A DNA stretch of 64,000 nt from Octopus vulgaris (taxonomy: Eukaryota): the NCBI GenBank assembly GCA_951406725.2, contig OX597816.1:45012001-45076000 (forward strand), written 5' to 3'. Positions 11,830 to 24,783 of this stretch are shown one piece after another; the stretch's first letter is position 1, and the number at the start of each line of letters is the position of its first letter. Below the pieces are notes generated by a model that worked only from the letters and a program-made list of their open reading frames with translations, made no database searches and had not been told where the DNA came from. The translations under genes were made by a program, and so were the position numbers.

Positions 11830-12316
11830 CTTATTTCTTTACTGCTCACAAGGGGCTACACACAGAGGGGACAAACAAGGACGAACGGATTAAGTTGATT
11901 ATATCGACCCCAGTCGATATAAGGCGGCGAGCTGGCAGAAACGTTAGCACACCGGGCGAAATGCGTAGCCGTATTTCGTCCGTCTTTACGTTCTGGGTTC
12001 AAATTCCGCCAAGGTCGACTTTGCCTTTCATCCTTTCGGGGTCGATAAATTAAGTACCAGTTACGCACTGAGGTTGATGTAATCGACTTAATCCATTTGT
12101 CTGTCCTTGTTTGTCCCCTCTGTGTTTAGCCCCTTGTGGGTAGTAAAGAAATATATATCGACCCCAGTGCGTAACTGGTACTTATTTAATCAACCCCAAA
12201 AGGATGAAAGGCAAAGTCGACCTCGGCGGAATTTGAACTCAGAACGTAACGGCAGATGAAATACCGCTAAGCTTTTTGCCTGGTGTGCTAACGTTTCTGC
12301 CAGCCCACTGCCTTAA
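11830..12316. mobile_element. SINE family B (Meta-domain-like): + copy nested inside a - copy
   Basis: Core GGTCGACTTTGCCTTTCATCCTTTCGGGGTCGATAAATTAAGTACCAG resembles the MetaSINE central domain. 15-bp TSD TATATCGACCCCAGT at 11900-11914 and 12154-12168. Other copies at about 17775-17995, 37293-37522 (-), 48030-48237 (-), 61445-61636, 62255-62595. Confidence 0.85.
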
Positions 12317-13272
12317 TATCTTTCACATATTTCTGGTGAGATATAGTGCACTTAAGTACTGTCATCATCATCATCATCATCATATGTCCATTTTCCATGC
12401 TGGCATGAGTTGGACAGCTTGACGGGAGCTGGCTAGCTGAAGAGCTGCCGGGCTCCATCCGTTTTGCCATGGTTTCTATGGCTACATGTGTGCCCTTCAT
12501 AACACCAACCACTTTACAGAATGTACTAAGTGCTTTTTATGCAGCACCAGCATGGGCACTTGTACCTGGCACCGGCATTTTAACATAGCACAGACGCAGG
12601 TGCTTTTTATGTGGCACCAGCACCCCACAAGTACCCAAGATTAAAATAGCTCAGCTGAAGTAGGGTGTTGGGGGCCATGCCTGTATGCAAGTACAACCAC
12701 GATTTTACTTAGCTTGATGTGTCTTCTCAAGCACAGCAAACCACCAGAAGGTGGCCCCAATGTCTGAAGATCCTTTCTCACCACTTTGTTTCACATCTTC
12801 GCTTTCCACACAATCCCTCCACAATTAAAGATCAGCTCTTCTTGATGCAGCTGTCCTCATTCATATGCATCACATGTTGTACCAGCGCAGTCTTCTCTCT
12901 TGCACACTACACCTGATGCCATGTATACTCAGTTTTTCTCTGGGTGTATTGTATATAGTAAAATTATTATTTTATTTGTCTGTTTAACTTCCAGCTCTAC
13001 AAGTTCTGAGTGTGTAAAATGAAATAGTAATTTTGTATGTATGTGTCTGTGCATGTGTGTGTGTACATCATCATCATCATCATCATTTAACATTCATTTT
13101 CCATGCTGGCTTACGATGGATGGTTGACAGGTGCTGGCAAGGCTTGGCGCCATACCAGGCTCTGTCGTCTGTTTTGGCCTGGTTTCTACAGTTGGATGCC
13201 CTTCCTTTTATGTAGCACCAGCACTGGTGCTTTTTACAGGCATACTTACAAACATATACATATAACTATATG

Positions 13273-13320
<48 letters not shown>

Positions 13321-13329
13321 ACATATGTA

Positions 13330-13561
13330 GGTCCAGGCATTACTTCTCAGCCATGAAGGTTGACAACAGGGACAGTTTGAATTTAGCCAGTTTGAACATA
13401 GTTTCCACAGCATAGAGAAGCTCCCAAGCACAGCCAGTCTTAAATTCCTCTGTTATGGCCTGGAGGACTATGATAAACAAGAGCAAGCTGAGAGCTAATC
13501 CTTGGTGAACTCCTATCAATACACTAAATTCTTTGCTATACTCATCACCAACTTTCAACAT
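13330..13561 (-). mobile_element. RTE reverse transcriptase fragment
   Basis: KVGDEYSKEFSVLIGVHQGLALSLLLFIIVLQAITEEFKTGCAWELLYA, a degenerate GVHQG..LSPLLF...LLYAD RT motif. Confidence 0.75.
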
Positions 13562-14587
13562 TTTGTGATATTCAAAATGCTGATTTCATAGTTAAAAACT
13601 TGGTTATTGTACTAAATTTTCCCTAGTTTTTGATTATTTTCACAATGAATTGTAACACACAGGCTGTGTATTTCACTAGTGATGTGGCTGTGAAAGGTTT
13701 AGGATTAACACAACAGAAGCAATAGAGTACCTTGTGGTGTTTCATTCTGCCTTATATCATTGATGTTTGAAATCCAAATTCAAACCCTGCCAAAGTCATT
13801 AAAATAAGTACCAGTAGCATGCTGGTATCAACTAAATCAACTATACTTTCTCCCCTTGTCCCACAGATATGTGGCCTTATACCAATGTAACAATTTGATA
13901 TTCTGTTGTGTCTGGGGAGAGTCATTCTCTTTTAGTGCCTATTTTATTTAACACACTCACCAGTAAAATTTCCACTTATTTCTTATTTTTATTTTCCTAA
14001 AATTTTCGTTGCGTCTTGCAACCTTTTCAATAGTCTTGACTCTGTCCGTTATTTACACTGCGTTCCCTTTTGTTTGTTTGTGCGCATGTGTGTGGATCAG
14101 TGTGTGTGTGTGTGTCTATACATGCATACATGTATGTATGTGTGTGTGTGTTTGCATGTATATATATGTGTGCATGCATATGTACGTATGTATGTGTGTG
14201 CATCTGTATGTACGTATCCTGCATATTTATGTGCTTGCCTGTCTGTGTTTGTGTATTTTCTATGTATGTGTGTGTATATGTATGCACCTCTGTCTCCTTG
14301 TGTGTGCATATCTGTGTGTGGGTGTGTGTTATGTAACTATGTACCATGTATGGATGTGTGGATCCATGTCTCCATATGTGTCTGTTCTTGTAACCTATGT
14401 ACCTATCCGTCTGTATGTTGATCTGTTTATTTACATATCTAAATGCTTACATGCAGAAATAAAAAATAAAAAATATAAAAAATAAGAAATAAAAAATATA
14501 AGAAAATATAACAAAAAAAATAATGATGATGATTAAAAAATTTAATATTATTTTATTTATCTGAAGTATATTTTGTAATATTCCAGA

Positions 14588-15355
14588 ATGGAAGTTGAAG
14601 AAGCCATTTCTGAAGAACCTGATATACAGAGACTTCAAATAAGTGGTGGAGAGAATGATAATCGTAAAGATATTTCTAAATCAGGCATGCTTCTTGATGA
14701 ACAATCGTCAGAAAGATTAAATTTTGTTGTTGTTGGGGATAATTTGACTGATATTCCATTAGAGGGTAATAGTGATGATCAAGGTTCACAGTTCATTCAG
14801 CCACCCGCTTCAAACAGGGATCTCAAGCCTCATGTTGAAGACATGCTTCAGAGACTAGCTCATTCATCGGCGCACTTTAAACACCAACAGAGAAATGAGC
14901 CAGACCTGACCCCAAGTCAGAAATACGAAATCGCTCGTGAAATATTTGAAAATAAACCCCATCTGTTCTTAGCTCGTTTCAAACAGCATCTCGCCATGAA
15001 AGACATACCCTGTTTCCAGGAATATGCTGGAGACTACGAAATAGACTTTCATCTCAGTGAGATACAAAAGTGGGATAGTAAAAATTACAAACGGAAAAAA
15101 GTCAAGAACCGACGGTACAAAGCGCTGATGGAAATGATGTCCATAGGCGATGAATACTTCACTGAAGATGCCATGAAATCTCGCGATCCTTTGTTATATG
15201 AAGAGCTCATTGGGCAACATCTAACTGAAGAGGAAAGAGTGGAAAAGGCTAATAGTATTATGGCCAAGAATGAAAATTCTCTTTCTCAATTTCTTCTAAG
15301 ACACATTGAACAGCAGCAGGAGAATGCTCTTTACTACTCATTGAAACACAAAGAG
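14588..15355 (+). CDS. CCDC97: Coiled-coil domain-containing protein 97 (DUF2052), coding exon 1
   Basis: Motifs HFKHQQRNEPDLT, FLARF, VKNRRY, YFTEDAMKSRDPLLYEELIGQHLT. Acceptor TTCCAG ends at 14586; donor GAG|GTAAG at 15355/15356; 768 nt, phase 0. Confidence 0.92.
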
Positions 15356-15607
15356 GTAAGTCAATAGAGATATATTTATCCTATATTTTTTTTACATGTT
15401 TCAATCATTGGGCTGTGGCCACGCTGGGGCATGATCTTGAAGAGTTTAATTTAACAACTCAACCACCCCCGTACTTATTTTATTTTTTAAACCTAGGACT
15501 TTTATGATATCTTTTGTTGGACTGCTAAGTTACAGGGATGTAAACAAACTAACACCAGTTGTTAAGCAGTGGCAAAGGACAAGCAAACATACACACACAC
15601 AAAACAT

Positions 15608-15643
<36 letters not shown>

Positions 15644-16371
15644 GACAGACTTCTTTCAGATTCCAACTACCAAATCCACTCACAAGACTTTGGTCAGCCC
15701 GGGGCTATAGTAGAAGACACTTGCCCAAGGTGCCATGCAGTGGACTAAACCTGAAACCATGTGGTTGGAAAGCAAACTTCTTCAGCAACACAAGGACTAA
15801 AATAGGTAACTCATCAGAACATCAAAAGAAATGCCTTTGGTTTCTGGCATTCTGAGTTCTAACCCACCTGGGTCAATTTTTGCCTTTCATCCTTTTGGGG
15901 TCAATAAATAATGTACCTGTGTAGGATGGTTGACTGATCAAATTGTAAATGTCAGATGAAATGCCTTACAATATTTGCTCTGATTCTTTACATTCTGTGT
16001 TCAAATCCTGCCATGATCTACTTGGGTTAACGGTTTAATCTATCACCCAGTTTAATAACCCCACCTCCTGGAAACTATAGTGCTTTTAGCTCTGTTGCAA
16101 GCATTTGGGTTTAGCTCTCTGCTCTGAGTATAACTCCCTCCCTCTCATCAGTCACAGCAGCCTTGCAAAGGCTCATGGACATTATTCCCTTCCAGACTAA
16201 AAGATAAAAAAAACAAGAAGCAAAACAAAAAAAAAGACACTAACACATTAGGCCACTGCTTGTTTTTCACATGGTTTCAGGTTCAGTCCCATTGCATGGC
16301 ACCTTGGGCAAGTGTTTTCTGTTATGGTCCCCAGGCCAACCAGTGCCTTGTGAGTGGATTTGATAGACCAA

Positions 16372-16840
16372 AAGAGAGCTGGTTAAATCTTCCCTCTGGA
16401 TAGAATTATCATTCCCAAATAAATTAGTGCTTAATTGTTGTTATTTCAGTAGATTTATATTCAAAGACATTCCAACTGTGACCATCTTGTCATTTATTTT
16501 CAAGCATAGTACGTCATCTCTAACTACCTTTACTATTGACTGTGCCTATCATTTTAAAAATGATATGGTGTTAAGTTGAGGTCTAGTTGCCTGCTGTTTC
16601 TAGCATTAAGAGAGTTGGCTAAATCTTCCCTCTGTATAGGATTATCTGTCCTAAATAAAATGGTGCTTAATTGTTATTAATTCAGCAGATTTATATTCAA
16701 AGACATTCCAACTGTGACCATCTTGTCATTTATTTTCAAGCATAGTACGTCATCTCAAACAACCTTTACTATTGAATGTGGCCGTCATTTTTAAAATGGT
16801 ATAGTGTTAAGTTGAGGTCTAGTTGCCTGCTGTTTCTAGG
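16372..16840. repeat. Tandem duplication of an approximately 235-bp unit
   Basis: Units at about 16372-16607 and 16608-16840 share long identical runs such as AGATTTATATTCAAAGACATTCCAACTGTGACCATCTTGTCATTTATTTTCAAGCATAGTACGTCATCTC. Confidence 0.9.
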
Positions 16841-18054
16841 ATTTCTAGCAATAACCCCCCCCCCCATCCTTATTGTTTGTTGCTATGTATTTATTATTGC
16901 TTAATAATCTAAATTCATTGTTTGAGCTGGGAGCACAATGATATTGTACAACACGATACTATTTCTGTGAATCAAATATTTGCTTATACTTACTGTTACC
17001 TGATTAGAATTTCTCCAATAATCTGTTCAACATGGGAAAAACTTTTCTGATTACATCGAACCTTTAATCTATCAAAAGAACATTCAATTCATCTAATTTG
17101 TTCTGTTCTTCTCATCTCACAAAATCCTTTCTGTTATCTTGCTGCAAATCTCTTCATTAAACTAATGCTAATCTCATCAACCAAATCCATATATAACAAA
17201 CGAGAAATGCAAATGAGCTGTGTCTTTTATCTTTGCCATGACTGCAATGACTTCTGGGGGGCTTATTTTTGAACTAACTACCCATACACTAATCTTCCCC
17301 AAACATTTCCAGTTTCCCCATTATTTTCCCCCCTTTTTGTGTTATTCCAATTTAGTTTCTTCTCTGATTCCATACTTAACACTTTGTGCAATCTTTTCAC
17401 CACCAAAAGACATAAAACGGCAATTCTTTGGAACTTTCTCATTGCCTAATTATTTTTTGACCTCTATTAACATCAACCAGTGAAAGTTCAAGCTTCTTTA
17501 AGCTACATGGATCTAAGGGAAGCAGAAGCCATTGTAATAGTGGTGAAGAAACAGCAAATATTCTTAGAAAATATTGTTGTGTCAATAAAAGAAATCAGTA
17601 TTGAACTGATTGCATGTTATGATACTTTGTTATATTGATCCCAGAAGGATGATAGACAAATTTGATTGAGGCAGAATTTAAGCTCAGAATGTAAAGACTT
17701 ATAATAATACCATGAGGTGTATTGTCCAATGTTAATAATTTTGCCAATTCACCAACTTATATGATCCGGTACCTAAGGTAGTGAACTGGCAAAACCGTAA
17801 ACATGCCAGGCAAAATGTTTGGTGGCATTTCATCTATCTTTATATCCTGAGTTCAAATTCCACCAAGGTCGACTTTGTCTTTTATGTTTTCAGAGTCAAT
17901 AAAATAAGTGCCAGTTGAACTCTGGGGTCAATCTTACCTTACCCAAAATTTATCCTTACCCAAAATTGCTGACATTATGCCAAAACTTGAAAGCAATATT
18001 ATGTAGTATCTATGGATACCTATTCCGAAAAGCTAGGTGAGCTCCTAAAGATAT

Positions 18055-18310
18055 CTTGTGCCTATTCCCCATAAGATTAATAACCAAGGCAATTCACTGC
18101 TTTAACTGATCCAGTACTTGTTCCTGAAAGATAGATGAATACGACAGTTCATTACTTAAGTTGATCCAATGTCTATTCCTAAAGGTTGATAAATAAGTCG
18201 AATTCACTGCTTGAGCTGATCTGGTGCCTATTCTTAAAAGTCTAATGAATAAAGCAATTCATTGCTTCAGGTGATCTGGTTTCTATTTCCAAAAGCTTGA
18301 TCAACTAAAG
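18055..18310. repeat. Diverged 55-bp minisatellite, about 4.5 copies
   Basis: Recurring ARTTCAYTRCTT..RYTGATC...CTATTC..AAA with a 55-nt period. Confidence 0.75.
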
Positions 18311-19055
18311 TAATACTAAAGAAAATGTTCTGTCCAAGAACAGAACGATTTATCTCTAGTGGTTTGGAAACTATGTGTTGGTAGTCCAATATGTTCCTCA
18401 CTTTGCCATCCCACCCATAACTTCATGTGACTCTGACACTGACCTCAGTGGACCAAGGATCTATAAGCTATATGCCATCAGCTCCAATCTCTCTAGCTGA
18501 ACTTCATCATCATCATCATCATCATTTAACATGTGTTTTCCATGCTGGTATGAGTTGGATGATTTAACAGGACTGGCCAGCTGGAGTCTGTTTCGGCATG
18601 GTTTCTATGGCTGGATGCCCTCAACCACTTTACAGAATGTACAGAGTGTACTGGGTACTTCTTATGTGCTACCAGCATGAGTGCATTTTACCTAGCACCA
18701 GCACAAGTGCATTGCATGTGGCACCAGCATGAATGCATTTTAGATAGCACCAGCACCTGCAGGACATAGGCTGTGAGAAGGTGTGAGGACATGGCCTTAA
18801 AGGACAGACCTGTATGTAAGGTTGGCCATGATTTACCTTAGCTTGTCTCAGTACCCTGTCATCTCTTCAGTGAGGTCCAGCATCTGAAGACCCCTTCTCC
18901 CCACTTCATCCCACAACTTCCTGGGTCTACTCCTTCCACAAGTTCCTTCCATAATTAGATTGGTATTTCTTTAAGCGTTGAAACATAATTAATTGTATGA
19001 CATAAAATATTACAAACGTGATGATTTTCTTTTGTGTTTTTTACTGCTTATTCAG

Positions 19056-19101
19056 GAAGAGTGTTTTGAAGAATTTGACTCAGACTCAGATGAAGAAATT
19101 G
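19056..19101 (+). CDS. CCDC97: CCDC97 coding exon 2 (46 nt, acidic linker)
   Basis: TTCAG|GAAGAG...ATTG|GTAATT encoding EECFEEFDSDSDEEI. Phase 0 in and phase 1 out, as needed to link the flanking exons. Confidence 0.8.
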
Positions 19102-20024
19102 GTAATTCCACTTTTACTAATTATCATTGTTGATATTCTTGTTAATATTGTTAGTTATGGATTGGCACAAATGCCTTTTGGTAGTTGTTCTGGCTCTTTA
19201 CCTTCTGAGCTTAAATCCCACCAAGGTCCAAGCATCACTGTGTGGTTAAGAAGTTCACTTTCCAACCACATGGTTTCAGTTTCAGTCCCATTGCATGGCA
19301 CCTTGGGCAAGTGTTTTCTGTTATGGTCCCCAGGCCAACCAGTGCCTTGTGAGTGGATTTGATAGACCAAAACTGAAAGAAGCCCATCGTGTATGTGGGG
19401 GTGGTAGGAGTGGGGAGGGGATATGTTTGTGACTCATTGTCTTGACATTGCATGATAGTTGTAAATGAGTGTCACTGTCATACAAGCAGTGTCATTTCAA
19501 TATTTCATAAAAACATGTCTAGCCAAGGGGAAATATTACTTTGCTCAGAAACAGGTGAAGGTTGGCAACAGGAAAGGCATCCAGCTGTAGAAAATATCTC
19601 AATATATATATATATAATAGGCACAAGTGTGGCTGTGTGGTAAGAAGCTTGCTTCCAAACCGCATTGTTCTGGATTCAGTCCCACTGCGTGGCACCTTGG
19701 GCAAGTGTCTTCTACTATAGCCTTGGGCTGACCAAAGCCTTGTGAGTGGATTTGGTAGGTGGAAACTGAAAGAAGCCCATCATGTATATATTATATGTGT
19801 GTATATATTTGTGTGTGTTTGTGTCTGTGTTTGACCCCCATCATCATTTGACAACTGATGTTGGTGTGTTTATGTCTCTGAAAGTTGGGGATTCAACAAA
19901 GGAGACCGATAGAATGAGAGTACTAGGCTTGCAAAGAATAAGCTCTGGAGTCGATTTGTTTGACTAAAGGCGGTGCTCCAGCATGGCTGCAGTCAAATGA
20001 CTGAAATGTGTAAAAGAACAAAAG

Positions 20025-20074
<50 letters not shown>

Positions 20075-20258
20075 TATAATGTTTGTATGTGTCTCAGGCT
20101 GAACAAACCTTGTGAATAAATTTTCTTTGTTGTGTGTGTATTTGTGCATATGTGTGCTCATGTGTGTGAATTGAAATTTCCTTTACTTATATTTATTTGT
20201 CTATATTTGTATTTTTCTTGATAGTTATATATTTTTTTTTCTGTTGTATTTGTCATAG

Positions 20259-20373
20259 AAATACCTGCCAAAAGGAAACTTTCCAAACCTGAGAAGAAAG
20301 AGTTACGGGCTGAATTCCTTCACATAATGCAAGAAAGATTCTTAGATGGGAAGGATCTTGGGTATGACTACAG
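20259..20373 (+). CDS. CCDC97: CCDC97 coding exon 3
   Basis: TGTCATAG|AA...TACAG|GTATGT encoding EIPAKRKLSKPEKKELRAEFLHIMQERFLDGKDLGYDYS, with the conserved RFLDGKD..DY motif. Confidence 0.9.
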
Positions 20374-20441
20374 GTATGTTCTGTTGTGTGTTTGCCTTTT
20401 GTTGTATAGCTCTCCATCAACTTGAAGCAAATATATATATA

Positions 20442-21327
20442 CATGGTCTGATCAATAAGTATCCAGACTGTTGCTATAGTAATAAAACTAAAATATTCAG
20501 AGTAAAGCCACTTTGCACAGATTGACTTTGAACTCTGCTGGGCATGCCCACTAAGTTTTAACATTCTAGCTCCCTTCTGCTGTTTACAGCAGTGCTTGGA
20601 AGGAATGTGTGTAGCATGTGATAGTCACATTGAACATGACAGAGAAAGTTGAGCAGAGAATCTGCATCAAATTTTGCCAAAAGCTTGATGATACCTACTC
20701 GGAGGCCTATGCAAAGTTTTCACAAACTTTTCATTTTTCTCAACACAATCAAGGAGATTTTGTGCAACTGAAACCCAAGTGCCTTTTTGGTCAGCTGAAA
20801 GCAGTTTTGACATGAATCAGGCAGACGTGCTTCTCACCCAAATCTTCAGTGATAATGGACTGAACTGAGCTGTAACTAATCTGTACATACTCTGATAACT
20901 CATGGGTGGTGATTCAACAATTTTCCCTCACAGCTGCATGCATGTCTGTGATCTTTTTCTCAGTTCTACTGGTTGCAGGTCTTCCAAAACATTCATCACT
21001 ATCAACATTTTTCGGCCATCCTGGAAACGTCAGAACCACTCGTACACTTGTGTGTGGCTCATACACTCCTCTCCATACACTTTCTGCAACTTTGCATAGG
21101 CCTCTGAGCAGGTATCACCATGACAGCTTTCTGTGTCGTGGTCAGTGTGACAATCACACACTACACACCTTCCTTCCAAGCACTGCTATACACAGTGATC
21201 TAGAATGTTAAAACTTAGTATGAATGTGCAGCAGAGTTCAGGATCAATCTATGTCAAGTGGCTTCACTCTGCATGCTTTAGCTTTGTTATTATGGCAACA
21301 GTCCAGATACTTATTGATCAGACCTTG
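20442..21327. mobile_element. Non-autonomous mariner derivative made of two inverted 5' ends
   Basis: Both ends carry GGTCTGATCAATAAGTATC and the same 5' leader. The left arm encodes MTEKVEQRICIKFCQKL; the right arm carries the homologous region on the - strand. Confidence 0.75.
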
Positions 21328-22060
21328 CATATCCTTAAATCCATAAAAATGTTTTAGCCTGCAGGCCGCGGCCATGCTGGGGCACCACCGCTGAAATAAA
21401 AATAGAAATAAATATACATATTTATTTCTATATGCAGTGGCACCATTTAATTTAAAAACACTAGTATACTAATGTTAAAATGCCATTTTTTATATATTCA
21501 AGTTGTAAATTGTGAATTCAGGTGTATATCAAAATAAAGAAAATTTCACAAGCTTTGATATGGTATACAACTTTACAGTGTAACATCAACATATAAATTT
21601 TGAATTAAAAATAAACTTTATTTTGTATAATTTACATCTCCGTGGATGCCCTACCTAGCACCAACCACCTTGACCACATCACAGAGTGGATTTAGTGCTC
21701 TTTATGTGGCACCAGCATTGGCAAGGTCTGTTTTGGAATGGTTTTTACAGCTGGATGCCCTTCCAAACACAACCATTTAACAGTGTGGACTGGATGCTTT
21801 TTCATGGTACTAGCACTGGTGGGGTCACCAAGTAACTTGCAAGACAAAGATCCTTTGAGGTGGCGGGGGGGATTAGAAGAGGTGACCTTGTGCCAGGTGA
21901 TGAGAGTTTAAGGTGTGACAGAGAGACAGAAACAGGTGACTTGTTGTGGAGGAGATACATGGTTACCCAGTCAGAGGGAAAGAGAGAGAGAGAGAGAAAG
22001 AGTAAGGAATGTAGTGACAAAAGGGTTAATGTTTTTTTTTTCTTTTTTTTGGTTTTTCAG

Positions 22061-22175
22061 TACAATTGATGACAACGCTGTGTACGATGACCTGGATACA
22101 GAAGACAAAGACGAAGAAGAGAAGTACTTTGATAACGAGGAGCCACAGATGCTGGATGACACCAACTGTACATAA
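22061..22175 (+). CDS. CCDC97: CCDC97 final coding exon
   Basis: Pyrimidine tract and TTTCAG acceptor; encodes TIDDNAVYDDLDTEDKDEEEKYFDNEEP...*, matching the conserved D.N..YD.L....DEEE.YFD motif. Spliced CDS is 768+46+115+115 = 1044 nt, or 347 aa. Confidence 0.9.
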
Positions 22176-22404
22176 ATAAAAAGCAACTTTCAATGCACCC
22201 CTTGACTACATCTGAGTTTAATCAGTCCTAACAGATATGAGTGAGGAGGAAGAGGAAGAGAGAGAGAGAAAGTGCAGCAGATGTTATAGTCATTGAAGGT
22301 TTTGCATAGAAAGAGGGAACAGTTTATAACGAGAAGTTTTATACGGAGTTGATATTATAAAAAAATAAGTATATATATATACATATATATACATATATAC
22401 ATAC

Positions 22405-22435
<31 letters not shown>

Positions 22436-24586
22436 TACACACACACATTATGCATATTTTTCACACACATACAATGCATTTGTGTATATATATATACTGG
22501 AGTAAGCACATAAATGAAAGCATAGAAGTAGAGTAATATGCTTTATTTAAAAGCAGCAGAAATATAACAAAAGCTGTTACTCAGAGTTTCACTGCTTTTA
22601 AATAAAGTATATATATATATTATCATCATCGTGATGTTGGCATGGCTTGGACAGTTTGACCAGAGCTGGTCAACCCGTGCCAGCATGGACAATGGGCATT
22701 AAATGATGATATATACATATATATATTGGTAAAATAGTAAGATAACAAAAGAAAGAAAGAGACCTCAATATTATGTTTCAAATAGCCAGATAACCGAAGA
22801 GATGGCATTGTGGATTCCCACTTCGGCATCTGAAACTCAGAGTTTTATCTTGACTATCGAGTAATGTAACATATTATTTTATATATATATATATATATAT
22901 GTATATAATTAAAGTAAGCAGCAGTTTAGTAATGTGTTACCAAAACGGAAAACTGTAATTGTCATTAAGTATGACTGAGGGTATTAGAAAACCTACAATG
23001 CTAGAAATAAGAGCTAAAGCTCACTGATGCTGCAGTCAATGCACATAATTGTATACATATATACTGACAGTGACCATAAACAGCTGAAAGTGGCTGTTGA
23101 AATATCCCTATACTGTTGCTGTCAGTGTGTATATATACAATTATGTGCATTGAATGCAGCATCAGAGAGCTTTAGCTCCTATTTCTTGCATTGTAGCTGT
23201 CATATATTTTTTTCTATATATATATATTACCTGTCCAACCCATGCAAGCATGGAAAATGGACATTAAACAATGATAATGATATATATATATATATAATTA
23301 AAGTAAACAGCAGTTTACTATATATATATATATAAATGTATTGTATGTGAACATTATATATATATATGTGTGTGTGTGGTGGGTGGCTGGCAAGATTAAT
23401 AGATTGTTGGACGAAATACTTTGTGGTTCTTGATTACCTTCTGGGTTCAGATATTGTCCAGATCAATAAAAAATGAAAACATGTAACAGTTAATAAATGC
23501 CGAAGGGTAGCAAGGTACCGGTGTATAACTATAATCCTGCAGTGCTTCAGCATGGCCACAGTTCAATGACTGAAACCTCTTAAAGCGTTATATCAGATTT
23601 TGTAAAAGAAGTGTATTAAAAAGAGTTGTGATGGACAGAAACAAAGCAATGTAGTCAAAGACTGCAAGAGTGAAGATTTTATCTTATTTCTATTATTCAT
23701 AAAATATTTTGAACTAATTCTTTTGGGGTTTTTTTTATCTATCTTTATTTCTTTTCTATATTTATATTTTTTTATACATTTTAAGCCCAAAAACTTATTG
23801 CGATTTACATGCTCCTCTGAGTTTTCTCACAGTAAAAATACACAATGTTGAATAGTAAACTGCATTGAATTTTTCATCTTGTATTAGATATTCAATCAAT
23901 TAACTTGTTATTTGTTTGTTATCAGCCATATATATTAGTCAATATAATCATCATCATCATCATTATCATCATCGTCATCATCATCATTATCATCATCATC
24001 ATCATCATCATCATCTTTTGTATGCTTGCGTGAGTCAGGTCACAAAAGTGCACACTTTGTAACTTTGAAGGACGCATACTATTTTAAGGCCACAGTGTTT
24101 TCCCACCTGTGTCATAGGGTATCATAACACCCTGATTGGAAACCACTGCTATAGTAAATTGTATTATCATTCACCCAACTCATTACATTAACATATTTAT
24201 TAGCTTTCAAGACATATTTTTGGTGGGATTTGAAGTCTATACAAAAAAGAATGAAAACACTTCTCCACTGTTTTCGTCTTTTAGCATTTGGATTACTTTG
24301 TCAAATTTTATGCTTATTTATTCCTATTGTCTTGAATTAATCATGTATTATCTTGCAGCTTTGAGATTTCAGTGATGTGATTTTGATTTTTAAAATGACA
24401 TTGTAGAGTAGGTGTGAGAGGCTTGATCTAGTCAGTGTGCATGTAAACAGGTAGAATATTTCGGGCTAGTTTAAATGCTTTTTAAAAAGATGCTTCTCTT
24501 TTACCAATGAAGGGCCAGACTTAAAAATAGGAAATTCTTCCACTTCCCACCGGATACACATCATTATTCAATACAGTTCTATATTT

Positions 24587-24747
24587 AAAAGATAAGGAAT
24601 TATGTACATTATTTACATTTGACGGATATTTGTCCTCATCTTATTTGTTGTTAATACAATGTTTCGGCTGATATACCCTCCAGCCTTCATCAGGTGTCCT
24701 GGGGAAATTTCGAACCTTGGTTCTCATTCCTAAGGTATTTTGCGATG

Positions 24748-24783
<36 letters not shown>

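Noticed and set aside
14009-14485. Long Cys/Val/Tyr- or His/Thr-rich ORFs (also at 32680-33262, 45817-46162, 49661-50451, 59783-60131)
   Set aside because: Artefacts of (TG)n, (TA)n and (CATA)n microsatellites.
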